Assembly: GCA_951406725.2 (NCBI GenBank)
Contig: OX597819.1
Location: 12,400,001-12,464,000 of the forward strand
Direction of reading: 5' to 3'
Source: Octopus vulgaris
Taxonomy: Eukaryota
Length of the DNA: 64,000 bases
Below the pieces are notes generated by a model. It saw only the letters and a program-made list of their open reading frames with translations. It did not search any database and was not told the DNA's origin. Both the position numbers and the translations under genes were made by a program. Positions 1 through 12,798 of the stretch are shown here, piece after piece. Position 1 is the stretch's first letter. The number at the start of each line of letters is the position of its first letter.

Positions 1-14
1 TGGGACACCCTGTA
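1..14. mobile_element. Probable right terminal inverted repeat of a Tc1/mariner-type element, cut by the window edge
   Basis: TGGGACACCCTG followed by TA; the reverse complement CAGGGTGTCCCA is a typical Tc1/mariner TIR start with a TA target. Confidence 0.4.
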
Positions 15-407
15 TATATATATAGTCATAATATAGACCTCTTATAGGGATATTTTTTTATCAAAGATACACTGGTTCAAAATATTGTATTTTCAAGAGA
101 TATTTCTTCAATGAATATATTACACAAAATATCGTAAAATATCAAATATTGTTAAGTATGAAAGCAGAGAAACCTATAGATATACTTCTGTGTGAGTGTG
201 TATCCGTTAGATCTCCGTTTTCAAACATGATGATAATAATAACATTATATATATATACACACACTTTATTTAAAAGCAGTAAAAATTTATCAAAAGCTGT
301 TAAACCGCTTTTGTTAAATTTCTGCTGCTTTCAAATAAAGCATATTATTCTACCTCTGGTATTTGAGTACTCTTTTTTCCACCTTGTTTCACATTTATGT
401 TTACTCC

Positions 408-475
<68 letters not shown>

Positions 476-511
476 CATACATACACACAATGTATTTATA
501 TAAATCACATC

Positions 512-890
512 GCAGGAGTGGCTGTGAGGTAAGTAGCTTGCTTACCAACCACATGGTACCGGGTTCAGTCCCACTGCGTGGCACCTTGGGCAAGTCTCTT
601 CTACTATAGCCTCGGGCCGACCAAAGCTTTGTGAGTGGATTTGGTAGGCGGAAACTGAAAGAAGCCTGTCGTATATATGTATATACATATGTATGCGTGT
701 GTGTCTGTCTCTCCAACATCGCTTGACAACCGATGCAGGTGTGTTTACATCCTCGTAACTTAGCGGTTCGACAAAAGTGTCCGATAGAATAAGTACTAGG
801 CTTACAAAGAATAAGTCCTGGGATCGATTTGCTCGACTAAAGACGTTGCTCCAGCATGGCCGCAGTCAAATGACTGAAACAAGTAAAAGA
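512..890 (+). mobile_element. tRNA-derived SINE, family A
   Basis: Head GCAGGAGTGGCTGTG-GGTAAG...GGTTCAGTCCC (A/B-box like), internal (TA/TG)n, tail GAAACAAGTAAAAGAG; more than 12 near-identical copies in the window. Confidence 0.85.
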
Positions 891-1571
891 GTAATTAAGG
901 CTAATTTGGGATTTAAGTTTCCTGCTAAAGAAAATATTTCATCTGTAGAATGTTCTTTTAGCCAAAGTGAGGAAAAGTAGCAAACATTATCCTACCATAA
1001 TATATTTACATGCATTTACTCACGTAAACAACAATAACAACAACAACAAAGCGGTATTGATTACTCACTTTCTAGGTCATTATATATATATATATATCCG
1101 CTAATATCGAATAGCGTAAACGAGTGCTGAACAACGCACTGGTGGATAAATATTCTTTCTTTATGGGTTGTTAAGGCTACCACTGGTTTCATGCAATATA
1201 TTTTCTTAGCAATTATCAAGCCCGTCACATTGCTACGTTGGTACTCATCTCCATCTTGGATGAGAATACAAGGAATATATATAAATATATTACACTCATG
1301 ACAAACCTATATCTGCATTCACATATAATGCAAATTAAGAGAGCAAACTTTAAAGAGAGATGATGATGATGATGGGTCGTAAATGAACACAAAAATTTAT
1401 TGAGAAGTGTGTGATATTTTAACTGTTTAGCCCGGGTCAACCCTGATCAACGTGACCATCCTGACATATTTTCGCCTTAATGTACCCCAGACCAGTTCTT
1501 CTCATTCTAATACATATCTCCCTATTCGCCAATCTCCCCCCTTTCCCTGTATATTATTAACAGTTATTAAC

Positions 1572-1988
1572 AGGCGCAGGAGTGGCTGTGTGGTAAGTAG
1601 CTTGCTTACCAACCACATGGTTCCGGGTTCAGTCCCACTGCGTGGCACCTTGAGCAAGTGTCTTCTACTATAGCCTCGGGCCGACCAAAGCCTTGTGAGT
1701 GGATTTGGTAGACGGAAACTGAAAGAAGCCCGTCCTATATATGTATATATATATGCGTGTGTATGTTTGTGTGTCTGTGTTTGTCCCCCTAGCATTGCTT
1801 GACAACCGATGCTGGTGTTTTTATGTCCCCGTTACTTAGCGGTTCGGCAAAAAGAGACCGATAGAATAAGTACTGGGCTTACAAAAGAATAAGTCCCGGG
1901 GTCGAGTTGCTCGATTAAAGGCGGTGCTCCAGCATGGCCGCAGTCAAATGACTGAAACAAGTAAAAGAGAGTAAAAGAGTAAAAAGAG
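1572..1988 (+). mobile_element. tRNA-derived SINE, family A (full length)
   Basis: Same sequence as 512-890; ends in (AGTAAAAG)n. Confidence 0.9.
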
Positions 1989-3254
1989 TTTGTATTTCTA
2001 TAAATAGTCTTATTCCTTCTCCATGGTGTTTGGACAACTTAGAAAACCATATACCTTCATTAAATACTACAGCAAGCAATTTGTCTGCTTCCTTTTCAAT
2101 ATTCAGAGGCCACATCCTTATGAGAAACAATACTCCAAGCTACATCATTTAACGTTGAGAGTATTTTCACTCAAGTCTGTGTGTTGAGTACTTTTACACT
2201 ATTTAAGTGAGTATAAGTGTATATCTATGTACGTATAAATGTGAGAGTGCGCAGGTGCGTTTATACATTATATAAATATGCAAGTGTATTTCAGAGTGTA
2301 TATATATATATATATATACATGTGTCCTTCAATACGTGTATGCATGAGTCCTTGGTTGCGAGTGAGTATACATGGATGTGTAAACGTGTAGATGAGTAAG
2401 AATACTTGAGCTCGTAAATGTGTATACACAAGACCGCGAGTGTGTGGGTGTATGTATACATGAGTTTGTGAGTGAGTGTATATATAAGAGTCTGTTACAG
2501 GACGTGTGTGTGTGTGAATTCATGAATCTGTGTGTGAGAGAGATGAGTCTAAATCTTTCCAAGCTTGCTTAAAAACCCAAGATGTAGAGTTAAAAATAAC
2601 AAACATTTACTCTCACTATAATGTCATACAATATAAACAAGCACACACACACACACACGCAATATTTAAAGAAAAATCCCGGATGCACGCACTCCACCCA
2701 CCAGTAAAATATAAAAATAAAAAATACCAATTACCAAAAAAAAAAAAAAGGCTCAGCTTATCAGAAATAACAGCTAAATCTGTCTCAAACTCTACGCTAC
2801 CGACCCGGATCTAAACAACAACTAAAACACAACAAACCAACCAAAAAACCTGTAAGAGGTGGTTTCTTTTACTAGAAATAGTAGCCAAATTTCTTGTAAC
2901 TTCCTCCTTGCAGTCTAGAAAAAAAATGGAGAGGGGTGCTTGGACAATGCATTCAAGGGTACATTGTATTCAGAGATGACCCGGGGTTTAACAACAACAA
3001 CAACAAACGAAAAACACGTGGCAACGAGGGAGCTCTGAGGCAGTCGCTCGATTTGCTAGAAATCGACAGCAAATCTTCATCAAATCACATTCTATGATTA
3101 TAAACGAAGGAGTGTTGGTTAGACAACAACAGGATAAGATGGATTATGTCTGCATAAATCGATTGTATGGTCCATCTTTGATCAGAGATGTGCTCGAAGG
3201 TTGCTTACCTAGGGCTGAATAAACAACCAACTCAAGACACACAGACTCAATCAT

Positions 3255-3320
<66 letters not shown>

Positions 3321-3609
3321 GAATCGTTTGAAAACGAACCCCAAACATTTAAAAATAAAATTTCTGTTTTAATTAACATTGATAACAACTGTTAAAGAAT
3401 TACGTATGTGTTTTAGCAGAGAGATCAGCCATTGAGAGAGAGAGAGAGAGACCATTGTGTGAATATTTTGTGTTGATGGAGAAGAAGAAAGACAGAACGA
3501 GATATTATAAACATGGGATGAAGAAGGAATCTTCCAAAGAAATATGTTTACCATCCAACGATCCATTTGCACACACACCAATGTACAATATGTATATACA
3601 TACATTATA

Positions 3610-3662
<53 letters not shown>

Positions 3663-4757
3663 GCTGCAGTGAAAAGACAAGATGGCTTTTTCTGGACAAA
3701 ACAGCGAGGCCACAGCAGAAGCAGAATCATTCCTCCACCTCCTCTCTTTCTTTCTCTGTAACACACACAGACAGACACAAACAAACAAACACACACACAA
3801 ACACGCACATACACACACACACGCACACATACACACACATACACGTACTCACTCACTCACTCACACGCGTGCGCGCATAGAGGATTGTTTGTTTATTATA
3901 AAGCAAAGCTGTAAATATAAACATTCAGCTAGGAATGGTAACAGATTAGCAAACAGACAAACAAACAAACACAATCAAAACAATAACAATGGCAAGAGCA
4001 AACAGAGAGGAATGGTTCTTTCTCTTACCTTTTTTGCAATCAGTAATTAACAAAGAAGCCTTCTCAACGATCCACAAACAATCCTTTTCTTGTTTACGGT
4101 TTAACGGGATCAAGAAATTTTCCTGTGTTTAATTCCTGCTGTTATTTGCTATTCGTTTTACGATAAAAGTCGAAGCCAAACAGCTTACGTATACAATACA
4201 GATATAGTACAGCTATACTATATGTTATATATGAATCTATATAGATGATATATAGCTACAACAGTTTTGTCTCGTGTTTATATTATTTAAAAAGCAACCG
4301 TCCTCTTCGTTATCATTATGATTAAGATTCTTATTATTATTGGTATTAATGTTTATAAGACAATGTGTCTCCAACACAAAACACACATATATAAATAATA
4401 TTATTATTACTACAATCAACAAACATTGGTCGGCAGAGTCTCTTCAAGTTGTGAAGCGTCTACAAGCGAGAAGCGACTTCAAACATTTGTTTCTCTGCAA
4501 CTGTTACAGAAACAGCAGCACATGGGATTATTGACGATCAACGTAAACTGTAGTTGTTATTGTTGTTGTTGCTGCAACAGTAGTAGTAGTAGTGGTGGAG
4601 GTGGTGCTGGTGTTTTTTTCACAGAAAAATACACGTAAGCCCCAAGTAGCTTCTTCAGTGTGTTGGCTGTGACTGCTGAACCAAATACTTTTGCTTTCTA
4701 AAGCAAGAAAAAAAGGGGGTGTGTCTTCACTTCACGAAGTGCGCGTACGCACGCACG

Positions 4758-4788
<31 letters not shown>

Positions 4789-4932
4789 CACGAATAGACT
4801 ACGTGTACTTTGCTAAATGTTAAGTTGACATCGGATAACTAGGCACGTTTTTACGATCAGATTAATCATAATAAACGTATTATGAAAAGATTATACCTTT
4901 TAATATTAAAAGGTATTAAATATATATATCTC

Positions 4933-4963
<31 letters not shown>

Positions 4964-5339
4964 AGCAAAACTTCATATATATATATATATATATTAAAGA
5001 TGGAGGTGGAAATAGCACATATATAGTATTAAAAATAAAACACGTTGATATTCGGTATGATTTTATATATCATCATCATCATCGTCCATCGTCCACCCTG
5101 GCATGGGTCGGGCGGTGTGACCAGAGCTGTCGGGCTGGGGAGCTGCAATAAACCCCAATCCGAATTGGTATGGTTTCTACGGTCGGATGCTCTTCCTAAC
5201 GCCAGCCACTTTACAGTGTGCTGGGTGTTTTCTTACGTGGCACCACACAGGCGCTTTTACGTGGCACCACAGGGGGGCTTTTACGTGGAACAGACATGAA
5301 TGCTTTTCCCCATCCGAGGGACCAGTTAAACGACGACGA

Positions 5340-5590
5340 CGATGATGATGATCATCATCATCGCTTAACGCCCGCTTTCCATGCTGGCATGGGTTGGACA
5401 GTTTGACTGAGGACTGGTAAGCCAGAGGTTGCACCAGGCCCAATCTGATCTGGCAAAGTTTCTACAGCTTCCTGGGTGCTTTTAGGAGTCACTGGCACGA
5501 GGGCCAGTCAGGCGGTACTGGCGACGGTCACGCTCAAATGGTGTTTTTTACGTGCCACCGGCACAGGAGCCAGTCAGCGGCCCTGGCAAA
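5340..5590 (-). mobile_element. RTE-tail-derived repeat, (GAT)n-tailed family
   Basis: Reverse complement of the 12290-12798 element. Confidence 0.7.
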
Positions 5591-5599
5591 ACTCAACAG

Positions 5600-6330
5600 A
5601 CAGTATCCTTCTTCTATTAGGTAAATGTCCCTGCTCAATATGTAGAAAAGGTGTAGGCAGGAATTACAAATGGTGTACAGAATGCAAGCTATGGACACAA
5701 GAGGTGTAGAAGAACAATAGGAAGGTTATCAGAGAAGGTTTTGTATGTGGAAGATGCACAAGAGCCATAAAAACTATCGATACTCGGGAAATTGATTTTC
5801 TCAAATGCCCTGGAGACTCTTTAGAGAGTGGATAATTTCTGCTACCAAGGGGACCTAATTAACTGGTGGGTAGGTGAGTGGGAGTGGGGGGGAGTTCATA
5901 GAATGTGTAATTGCTAGAATAAGATGGAGAAAATTCAGAGTATTCACCTCTGTTGGCAACCAAAGGTCTCTCCCTCCGAGTGAAAGGAAGATGGACCATG
6001 CATGTAGAAGACATGTGAAGGCCAGAGAGAAATGAAGCTAATATGTTCCACTAGAACAATAGTCTTTTAAGAGAAAAGTTAGACATAAGAGGAATTAGAT
6101 GCAGTGTGCAAGAGAGAAGACTGCACTGGTTTTGTCATGTGATGTGGATGGATGAAGACAGTTGTATACAGAAGAGCTGAGTGCTTAAAGCGGATGGAAC
6201 TTATGGAAGAGGGAGACCTAGAAAGACATAGGACAAATTACTGAAGGTCGATCTCAAGACATTGAGTCTTACGAAAGAAATGACAAAGGACCAAGATATC
6301 GGTGCCCTGCTGTACTCAAGAAGACCCATC
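5600..6330 (+). pseudogene. Degenerate RTE-clade LINE ORF C-terminal fragment
   Basis: Broken-frame motifs CPCSICRKGVGRN..WCTECKLW, L.W.GHV, GRGRPRK, homologous to 11607-12140. Confidence 0.75.
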
Positions 6331-6805
6331 CGCCACAGCAGAACTGATACTGGTGCTGGTGTCACATAAAAAGCACCCAGTACACTCTGTGGTGTGGTTG
6401 GTGTAGGAAGGGCATCCAGCCATAGAAACCATGCCAGGACAGACAATGGAGTCTAGTGTAGCCCTTGGCCTTACCAGCTCCAGTCAAACTGTCCAACTCA
6501 TGCCAGTATGGAGAACAGATGTTAAATTATGATGGTGATGATATGCTTAAATCCTCTACACTGTGATGTTCACACAATGTGGAAGACAACTGGAGGTTTC
6601 TACAGGACAACCTGCTGAGGGCCACTGACCAGATCTGTGGATGGTGCAAAGTCCCCTCTTGACCCAAAATAACATGGTAGTGGAACAATGTTGTTGATAG
6701 GGCTATTAGAGAAAAGAACAGGACTGGAAGAACAGTGGTAGCAGGGAATTCTATTAGACTGCCAGAAGGGAAGCTATGAAGCAGGTAAGAAAAAAATTGC
6801 CAATG

Positions 6806-7380
6806 TGGCACATAAAAAGCACCATCCGAACGTGGCCGATGCCAGCGCCGCCTCGACTGGCTTCTGTACCGGTGGCACATAAAAAGCACCATCCGAACGT
6901 GGCCGATGCCAACCCTGCCTCGACTGGCTTCTGTACCGGTGGCACATAAAAAGCACCATCCGAACGTGGCCGATGCCAACCCTGCCTCGACTGGCTTCTG
7001 TACCGGTGGCACATAAAAAGCACCATCCGAACGTGACCGATGCCAACCCTGCCTCGACTGGCTTCTGTACCGGTGGCACATAAAAAGCACCATCCGAACG
7101 TGGCCGATGCCAGCGCCGTCTTGGCTGGCTTCCGTGCCGGTGGCACGTTAAAAGCACCAACCGATCGTGGCCGATGCCAGACTCCCCTGGCACCTGTGCC
7201 GGTAGCACGTAAAAAGCACCCACCACACTTGCGGAGTGGTTGGCGTCAGGAAGGGCATCCAGCTGTAGAAACACTGCCAGATCAGACTGGAGCCTGGTGC
7301 AGCCCCTGGCTTCCCAGACCCCGGTCGAACCGTCCAACCCATGCTAGTGCGGAAAACGGACGTTAAACGATGATGATGAT
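6806..7380 (+). mobile_element. RTE-tail-derived repeat with about 6 internal tandem units of ~54 bp
   Basis: Repeated GGTGGCACATAAAAAGCACCATCCGAACGTGGCCGATGCC..., then AGGAAGGGCATCCAGCTGTAGAAAC and a (GAT)n tail. Confidence 0.85.
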
Positions 7381-7680
7381 GTTTTGCGCCGTGAGGACCA
7401 ATGACTTGAGGTATTTTGTGTTGCAAGACAGTGTGTGAGAGAGAATCGTGATGTTGTAGGAGAGAAATGTGTTTGCATGGAAATGTGTCTGCATTTCTAG
7501 CTTTACGCAGTGTCTAGGAATCTGATAGGGAGCAGCACTGTACAGATGTTGTGTTTTTACACCTTTTACACTTACTGTAAGAGAGAATTTTTCCTCCATG
7601 GTAGCTGCAATGAATTTGCATTCAGAAGTTGAAATATGTCACAGACATATTCTAACTAACCTCAAGTTCACATATATATA

Positions 7681-8084
7681 CTCTTTACTCTTTTACTTGT
7701 TTCAGTCATTTGACTGTGGCCATGCTGGAGCACCGCCTTTAGTCGAGCAAATCGACCCCAGGACTTATTCTTTGTAAGCCCGGTACTTATTCTATCGGTC
7801 TCTTTTGCCGAACCGCAAAGTTACGGGGACGTAAACACACCAGCATCGGTTGTCAAGCAATGCTAGGGGGACAAACACAAACACATATATATATATATAC
7901 ATATATTATAATAAGAGATACGACAGGCTTCTTTCAGTTTCCGTCTACCAAATCCACTCACAAGGCATTGGTCGGCCTGGGCCTATAGCAGAAGACACTT
8001 GCCCAAGATGCCACGCAGTGGGACTGAACCCGGAACCATGTGGTTGGTTAGCAAGCTACTTACCACACAGCCACTCCTGCGCCT
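7681..8084 (-). mobile_element. tRNA-derived SINE, family A
   Basis: Reverse complement of 1572-1988. Confidence 0.9.
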
Positions 8085-8607
8085 ATAAATACATGCATTT
8101 ATATAGATGGGTATAGACACATACACATCTATATAGAGAGAAAGCTAATGATGGACCTGCTTAGCAGTAATTTGAGTGATGAGAAATAGCAGCCAAACCT
8201 CCCTCAAATGCTACTCTGCTGACACATTCTATAACGAATTCCTAGATATCCTTTGACTAACAAAAGAAGAGACCCTGATAAGAAAGTCAATCTTAAACCA
8301 CCATCAGCTTATCAATTCCACATTTTTCATAAATATCCAAATGTCTTCGATGAAGCCACTGTGAAATCTGTAAATCTCGCATGCTGTGTTTGTCACAACC
8401 TTACTGATTACTCATCTTCTAATGCTTCATTATTCTTAATTAGGTTTTCCTGGTTGTGTGGTTCAGAAGTTTGTTTCATGACAACATGACTTGAGATTCA
8501 TTTCCGCTGTCTAGCAATGAAGGCAGGGGTTCCCTGGTAGTAATGGCTCATGCTGAACCGATGTCTTATAAGTGAAATGGTAGATGGAAATTATTGGAAG
8601 CCAGAAA

Positions 8608-8843
8608 TATCATCATCATCATCGTTTAACGTCCGCTTTCCATGCTAGCATGGGTTGGACGGTTCGACCGGGGATCTGGGAAGCCAGAAAGGCTGCACCA
8701 GGCTCCAGTCTGATCTGGCAGTGTTTCTACAGCTGGATGCCCTTCCTAACGCCAACCACTCCGTGAGTGTAGTGGGTGCTTTTTACGTGCCACCGGCACA
8801 GGTGCCAGGCGAGGCTGGCAACGGCCACGATCGGATTGGTGGA
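8608..8843 (-). mobile_element. RTE-tail-derived repeat
   Basis: Reverse complement of about 7150-7380. Confidence 0.8.
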
Positions 8844-9258
8844 TGAAGAAAAAAAAAAAAATGTACTGTACAACTTAGTAGAAGTATCAGCTAACAAGAA
8901 TTCACATGGTCATTGAAAAAATCATTGTGGAAATCTCTAGGTGTCTGCTTGACCTGCTAGAAAAGGCAGCCATGTCACGGTTTAATGTCTTAAAAGAAAA
9001 AAGAAATAATAATCATCATCATCATCATCATTGCTGTTATGAACACTTTTCCAGATGCCTTTCCTGTTGCCAACCCTCATGTTTCTACGCAAGGTATTTT
9101 TTCCCTATGGCAAAATATATTTCCACAGAAGATTGGAAATGAATGACACCACTTGTTTGCATGATAACAATTCATTTATAATTAATGTGGGATGGCAAGA
9201 CAAGGGTGGACATGCACACACCCACACACACATAATATACATGTATGTTCATGTGTAA

Positions 9259-9297
<39 letters not shown>

Positions 9298-9299
<2 letters not shown>

Positions 9300-9697
9300 C
9301 TCTTTTTTACATGTTTCAGTAACTTGACTGCGGCCATGCTGGAGCACCGCCCTTAGTCGAGCAAATCGACCCCGGGACTTATTCTTTGTAAGCCCAGTAC
9401 TTATTCTATCAGTCTCTTTTGCCGAACCACTAAGTGACGGGGACGTAAACACACCAGCATCGGTTGTCAAGCAATGCTAGGGGGACAAACACAGACACAC
9501 AAACATATACACACACACTTATATATATATATACGACATGCTTCTTTCAGTTTCCGTCTACCAAATCCACCCACAAGACATTGGTCGGCCCGGGGCTATA
9601 GCAGAAGACACTTGCCCAAGATGCCACGCAGTGGGACTGAACCTGGAACCATGTGGTTGGTTAGCAAGCTATTTACCACACAGCCACTCCTGCGCCT
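9298..9697 (-). mobile_element. tRNA-derived SINE, family A
   Basis: Reverse complement of 1572-1988. Confidence 0.9.
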
Positions 9698-9705
9698 ATA
9701 TATAT

Positions 9706-9990
9706 AAATGAAAATTGTAATGTAAATACACAAATGACAAATAGAAAATGTGTGACGTAAATTGAGTGCACAAATGGACAGAAGACAGACAGAGAAGGTC
9801 CCTAATTCTTCACCAGTTATCAACCAGATGTTATTACTCATTAATGGTGCAAAACTGAGTCATACCACCTGGTTGATAACTGATGATGAATTAGGGACCT
9901 TCTGTGTCTGTCTTCCATCCAGTTGTGCACTCAATTTACTTTATGTTTCTTATTTGTTGTTTGTGTATTCACAATGCAATTTTCTCATTT
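9706..9990. repeat. Imperfect long palindrome (fold-back element)
   Basis: GTAAATTGAGTGCACA/TGTGCACTCAATTTAC, GAAGGTCCCTAATTC/GAATTAGGGACCTTC and CAGTTATCAACCAG/CTGGTTGATAACTG are nested symmetrically around about 9848. Confidence 0.85.
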
Positions 9991-10036
9991 GTTAAGTAAT
10001 GGAATGCAACACACCCTGACCTTTATTAACAATAAG

Positions 10037-10091
<55 letters not shown>

Positions 10092-10426
10092 AAATATTAC
10101 ATTTCTAAATCTCTCAGAGAGAGTAATGCAGTAACAGTATGATAAAGTGATGGCTTGTTGCCAACTTAATGGGGCAGTCCCAGGAAAGGGAAGAATGTTA
10201 CTGTTATTTAGCCCCGAGAAACACGGTTTCTATTTGTCTATATGACACAGGCATTCTGTGCCCTTAAGTTTTCAAACAGGGGAGATAAGCAAATTACAAG
10301 CTATATTTCTAAAAACAACAAAGAAAAAAAAAAGACATATTAGATTAAGCAGTCCAGAGTAGAATATTCCCAGAATATAGAGAGATAAGCTAATTAAGGC
10401 TAGAAAAACCATTCATGATAAATCTA

Positions 10427-11375
10427 TGAGGTGGGCTGAAAACTTCATAGGTTGACTATGAAGGAGTGATGCTAGAGCTGTGAAATCTTGCAAGGATTAA
10501 TTTCAGGTCTTCTTATTAACACCTGCCTTGTTTTGTTCCAGGTAAATTAACATCTATCTGTTCAAAGACTTCAAAAGTAACCACTAGTGACTTCTCTTAA
10601 AAATGGACAAAATTTAGCATCATGGTGTTATCTGGTACCTACAAAAAAAAAAGGGTTTAATGCCCCCCCAATGACATTCATACTGACATGGTTGTTACAT
10701 TAGGGGATGATGCTTCAGTTCTATCAACATTGCAAAAGTGGGCAGCTGAATTTAGGGGTCGGGAAATGCCCCAACATTTGGATGTCCTACACCTGCCAGC
10801 AACGAGAACAACATTGATTGTAATCACCACATTGTGATGGACGACAGGTGATTAGCTACAAATCAAATAGTCAATGCTATTAGCATACCCTGAGAGAGCA
10901 TTGAGGATATTCTGCACTATGAACTCAACATGATGAAAGTTTCTGCTTGGTGGGTGCCACAACTTCTGACACCTGGTTAAAAGCACACCAGGTTGATCAC
11001 ATCATGGGAAAATCGGACATTGTTAGGGGCAGACCGAGCTGATGCTGGTTTCCTTGGAATGTTTTCCAGAGACAAAGAAACAATCCATGCAGTGGAAACA
11101 CCCTTCCTCATCGGCTCCAAAGAAGGCCAAGATCATTTCATCTGCAGGGAAGTTGATGGCCTCAGATTTTTGGGACGCAAAAGGATTTGTGTTTACTGAC
11201 TATCTCCAGAAGGGTCATACCATCAATGGAGAGTACTAGGCGAACTTGGTGAGACGGTTACGAAAGACTATCAAGCCCAAATGCCCAGAAAAACTACTGA
11301 AAAGGGTCTTGTTTCATTTGGACAATGCTCCGGCATAGAAATCTTGCTTTCAATGCCACTGTGCATGACTGGCAA
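10427..11375 (+). mobile_element. Degenerate mariner DNA transposon (transposase pseudogene)
   Basis: TA then TIR-like TGAGGTGGGCTGAAAA; broken transposase motifs MDKI..., WVPQLLT, PETKKQSMQWKHPSSSAPKKAK..SAGKLMAS.FWDAKG...YLQKGHTINGEY, HLDNAP. Confidence 0.9.
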
Positions 11376-11606
11376 TTAGAACCATAATTTTGTGATGATG
11401 AATGCAACACCCTATCCACTATGCCTTCACACACACACATGGCTACATGGTTAAGAAATTTACTTTCGAACCACAAGGTTTTGGATTCAGTCCCACTGAA
11501 TGGCAACTTGAGCCAATGTCTTCTATGATAGACCTTGAATTGACCAAAACCTCATGAATGAATTTGGTAGATGGAAACTGAAAAAGAGCCAGTTGTGCAT
11601 GTGTGT

Positions 11607-12798
11607 GGGTGTGCTGAAAATGTAACTGCTAGAGTAAGAATAGCCTGGGCAAAGTTTAGAGAGCTCTTACCCCTGCTGGTGACAAAAGGCCTCTCGCTCA
11701 GAGTAAAAGGCAGACTGTATGATGCATGTGTACGTACAGCCATGCGACATGGTAGTGAAACATGGGCCGTGACTGCTGAGGATATGCGTAAGCTCGCAAG
11801 AAATGAAGCCAGTATGCTCCGATGGATGTGTAATGTCAGTGTTCATAATCGACAGAGTGTAAGTACCTTGAGAGAAAAGTTGAACCTAAGAAGCATCAGT
11901 TGTGGTGTGCAAGAGAGACGGCTGCGCTGGTATGGTCATGTGACGAGAATGGCTGAAGATAGTTGTGTGCAAAAGTGCTACACCCTAGCAGTTGAGGGAA
12001 CCTGTGGAAGAGGTAGACCCAGGAAAATCTGGGACGAGGTGGTGAAGCACGGCCTTCGAACTTTAGGTCTCACCAAGGAAATGACTAGAGACCGAGACCT
12101 ATGGAAGTATGCTGTGCGTGAGAAGACCCGGCAAGACTAGTGAGGCCATAACCCATGGCCCCTACCTGGGACGTAGTCAGTCCACTTGTGCATACCTTCC
12201 TTCTTGTGACACTTGTGAAGACCTGTTGAGGCAAGTGAAAATCAAATCAAACCAAATCAAAATAGATGAACATCAATGGAATTTGTATCTTGGTGGCACA
12301 TAAGAAAACCATCCGAACGTGGCCGTAGCCAGTACCGCATCGACTGGCCTCCGTGCTGTGGGCACGTAACAAACACCATCCGATCATGGCCGTTCGCCAG
12401 CCTCGTCTGGCACCTGTGTCGGTGGCACATAAAAAAAAAACACCATCCAAGCGTGGCCGTTCGCCAGCCTCGTCTGGCACCTGTGTCGGTGGCACATAAA
12501 AAACACCATCCGAGCGTGGCCGTCTGCCAGCCTCGTCTGGCACCTGTGTCGGTGGCACATAAAAAACACCATCCGAGCGTGGCCGTTCGCCAGCCTCGTC
12601 TGGCACCTGTGTCGGTGGCACATAAAATCACCCACTACACTCTCGGAGTGGTTGGCATTAGGAAGGGCATCCAGCTGTAGAAACACTGCCAGATCTGACT
12701 GGCCTGGTGCAGCCTTCGGGCTCCCCAGACTCCAGTTGAACCGTCCAACCCATGCTAGCATGGAAAGCGGACGTTAAACGATGATGATGATGATGATG
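11607..12798 (+). mobile_element. 5'-truncated RTE-clade LINE: ORF C-terminus (to 12140), repeat-containing 3' region and (GAT)n tail
   Basis: ARVRIAWAKFREL...KGRLYDACVR...HGSETW...RRLRWYGHV...GRGRPRK.W are typical RTE C-terminal motifs; contiguous with ~49-bp tandem units and the tail. Confidence 0.9.

Noticed and set aside
149-3880. Many short YIYI, HTHT and CVCV ORFs
   Set aside because: Dinucleotide microsatellite and SINE translations.
8293-8367. Candidate DNAAF2 terminal exon (ISQWLHRRHLDIYEKCGIDKLMVV*)
   Set aside because: Weak polypyrimidine tract and no similarity to kintoun C-termini; a similar unsupported candidate lies near 18331.
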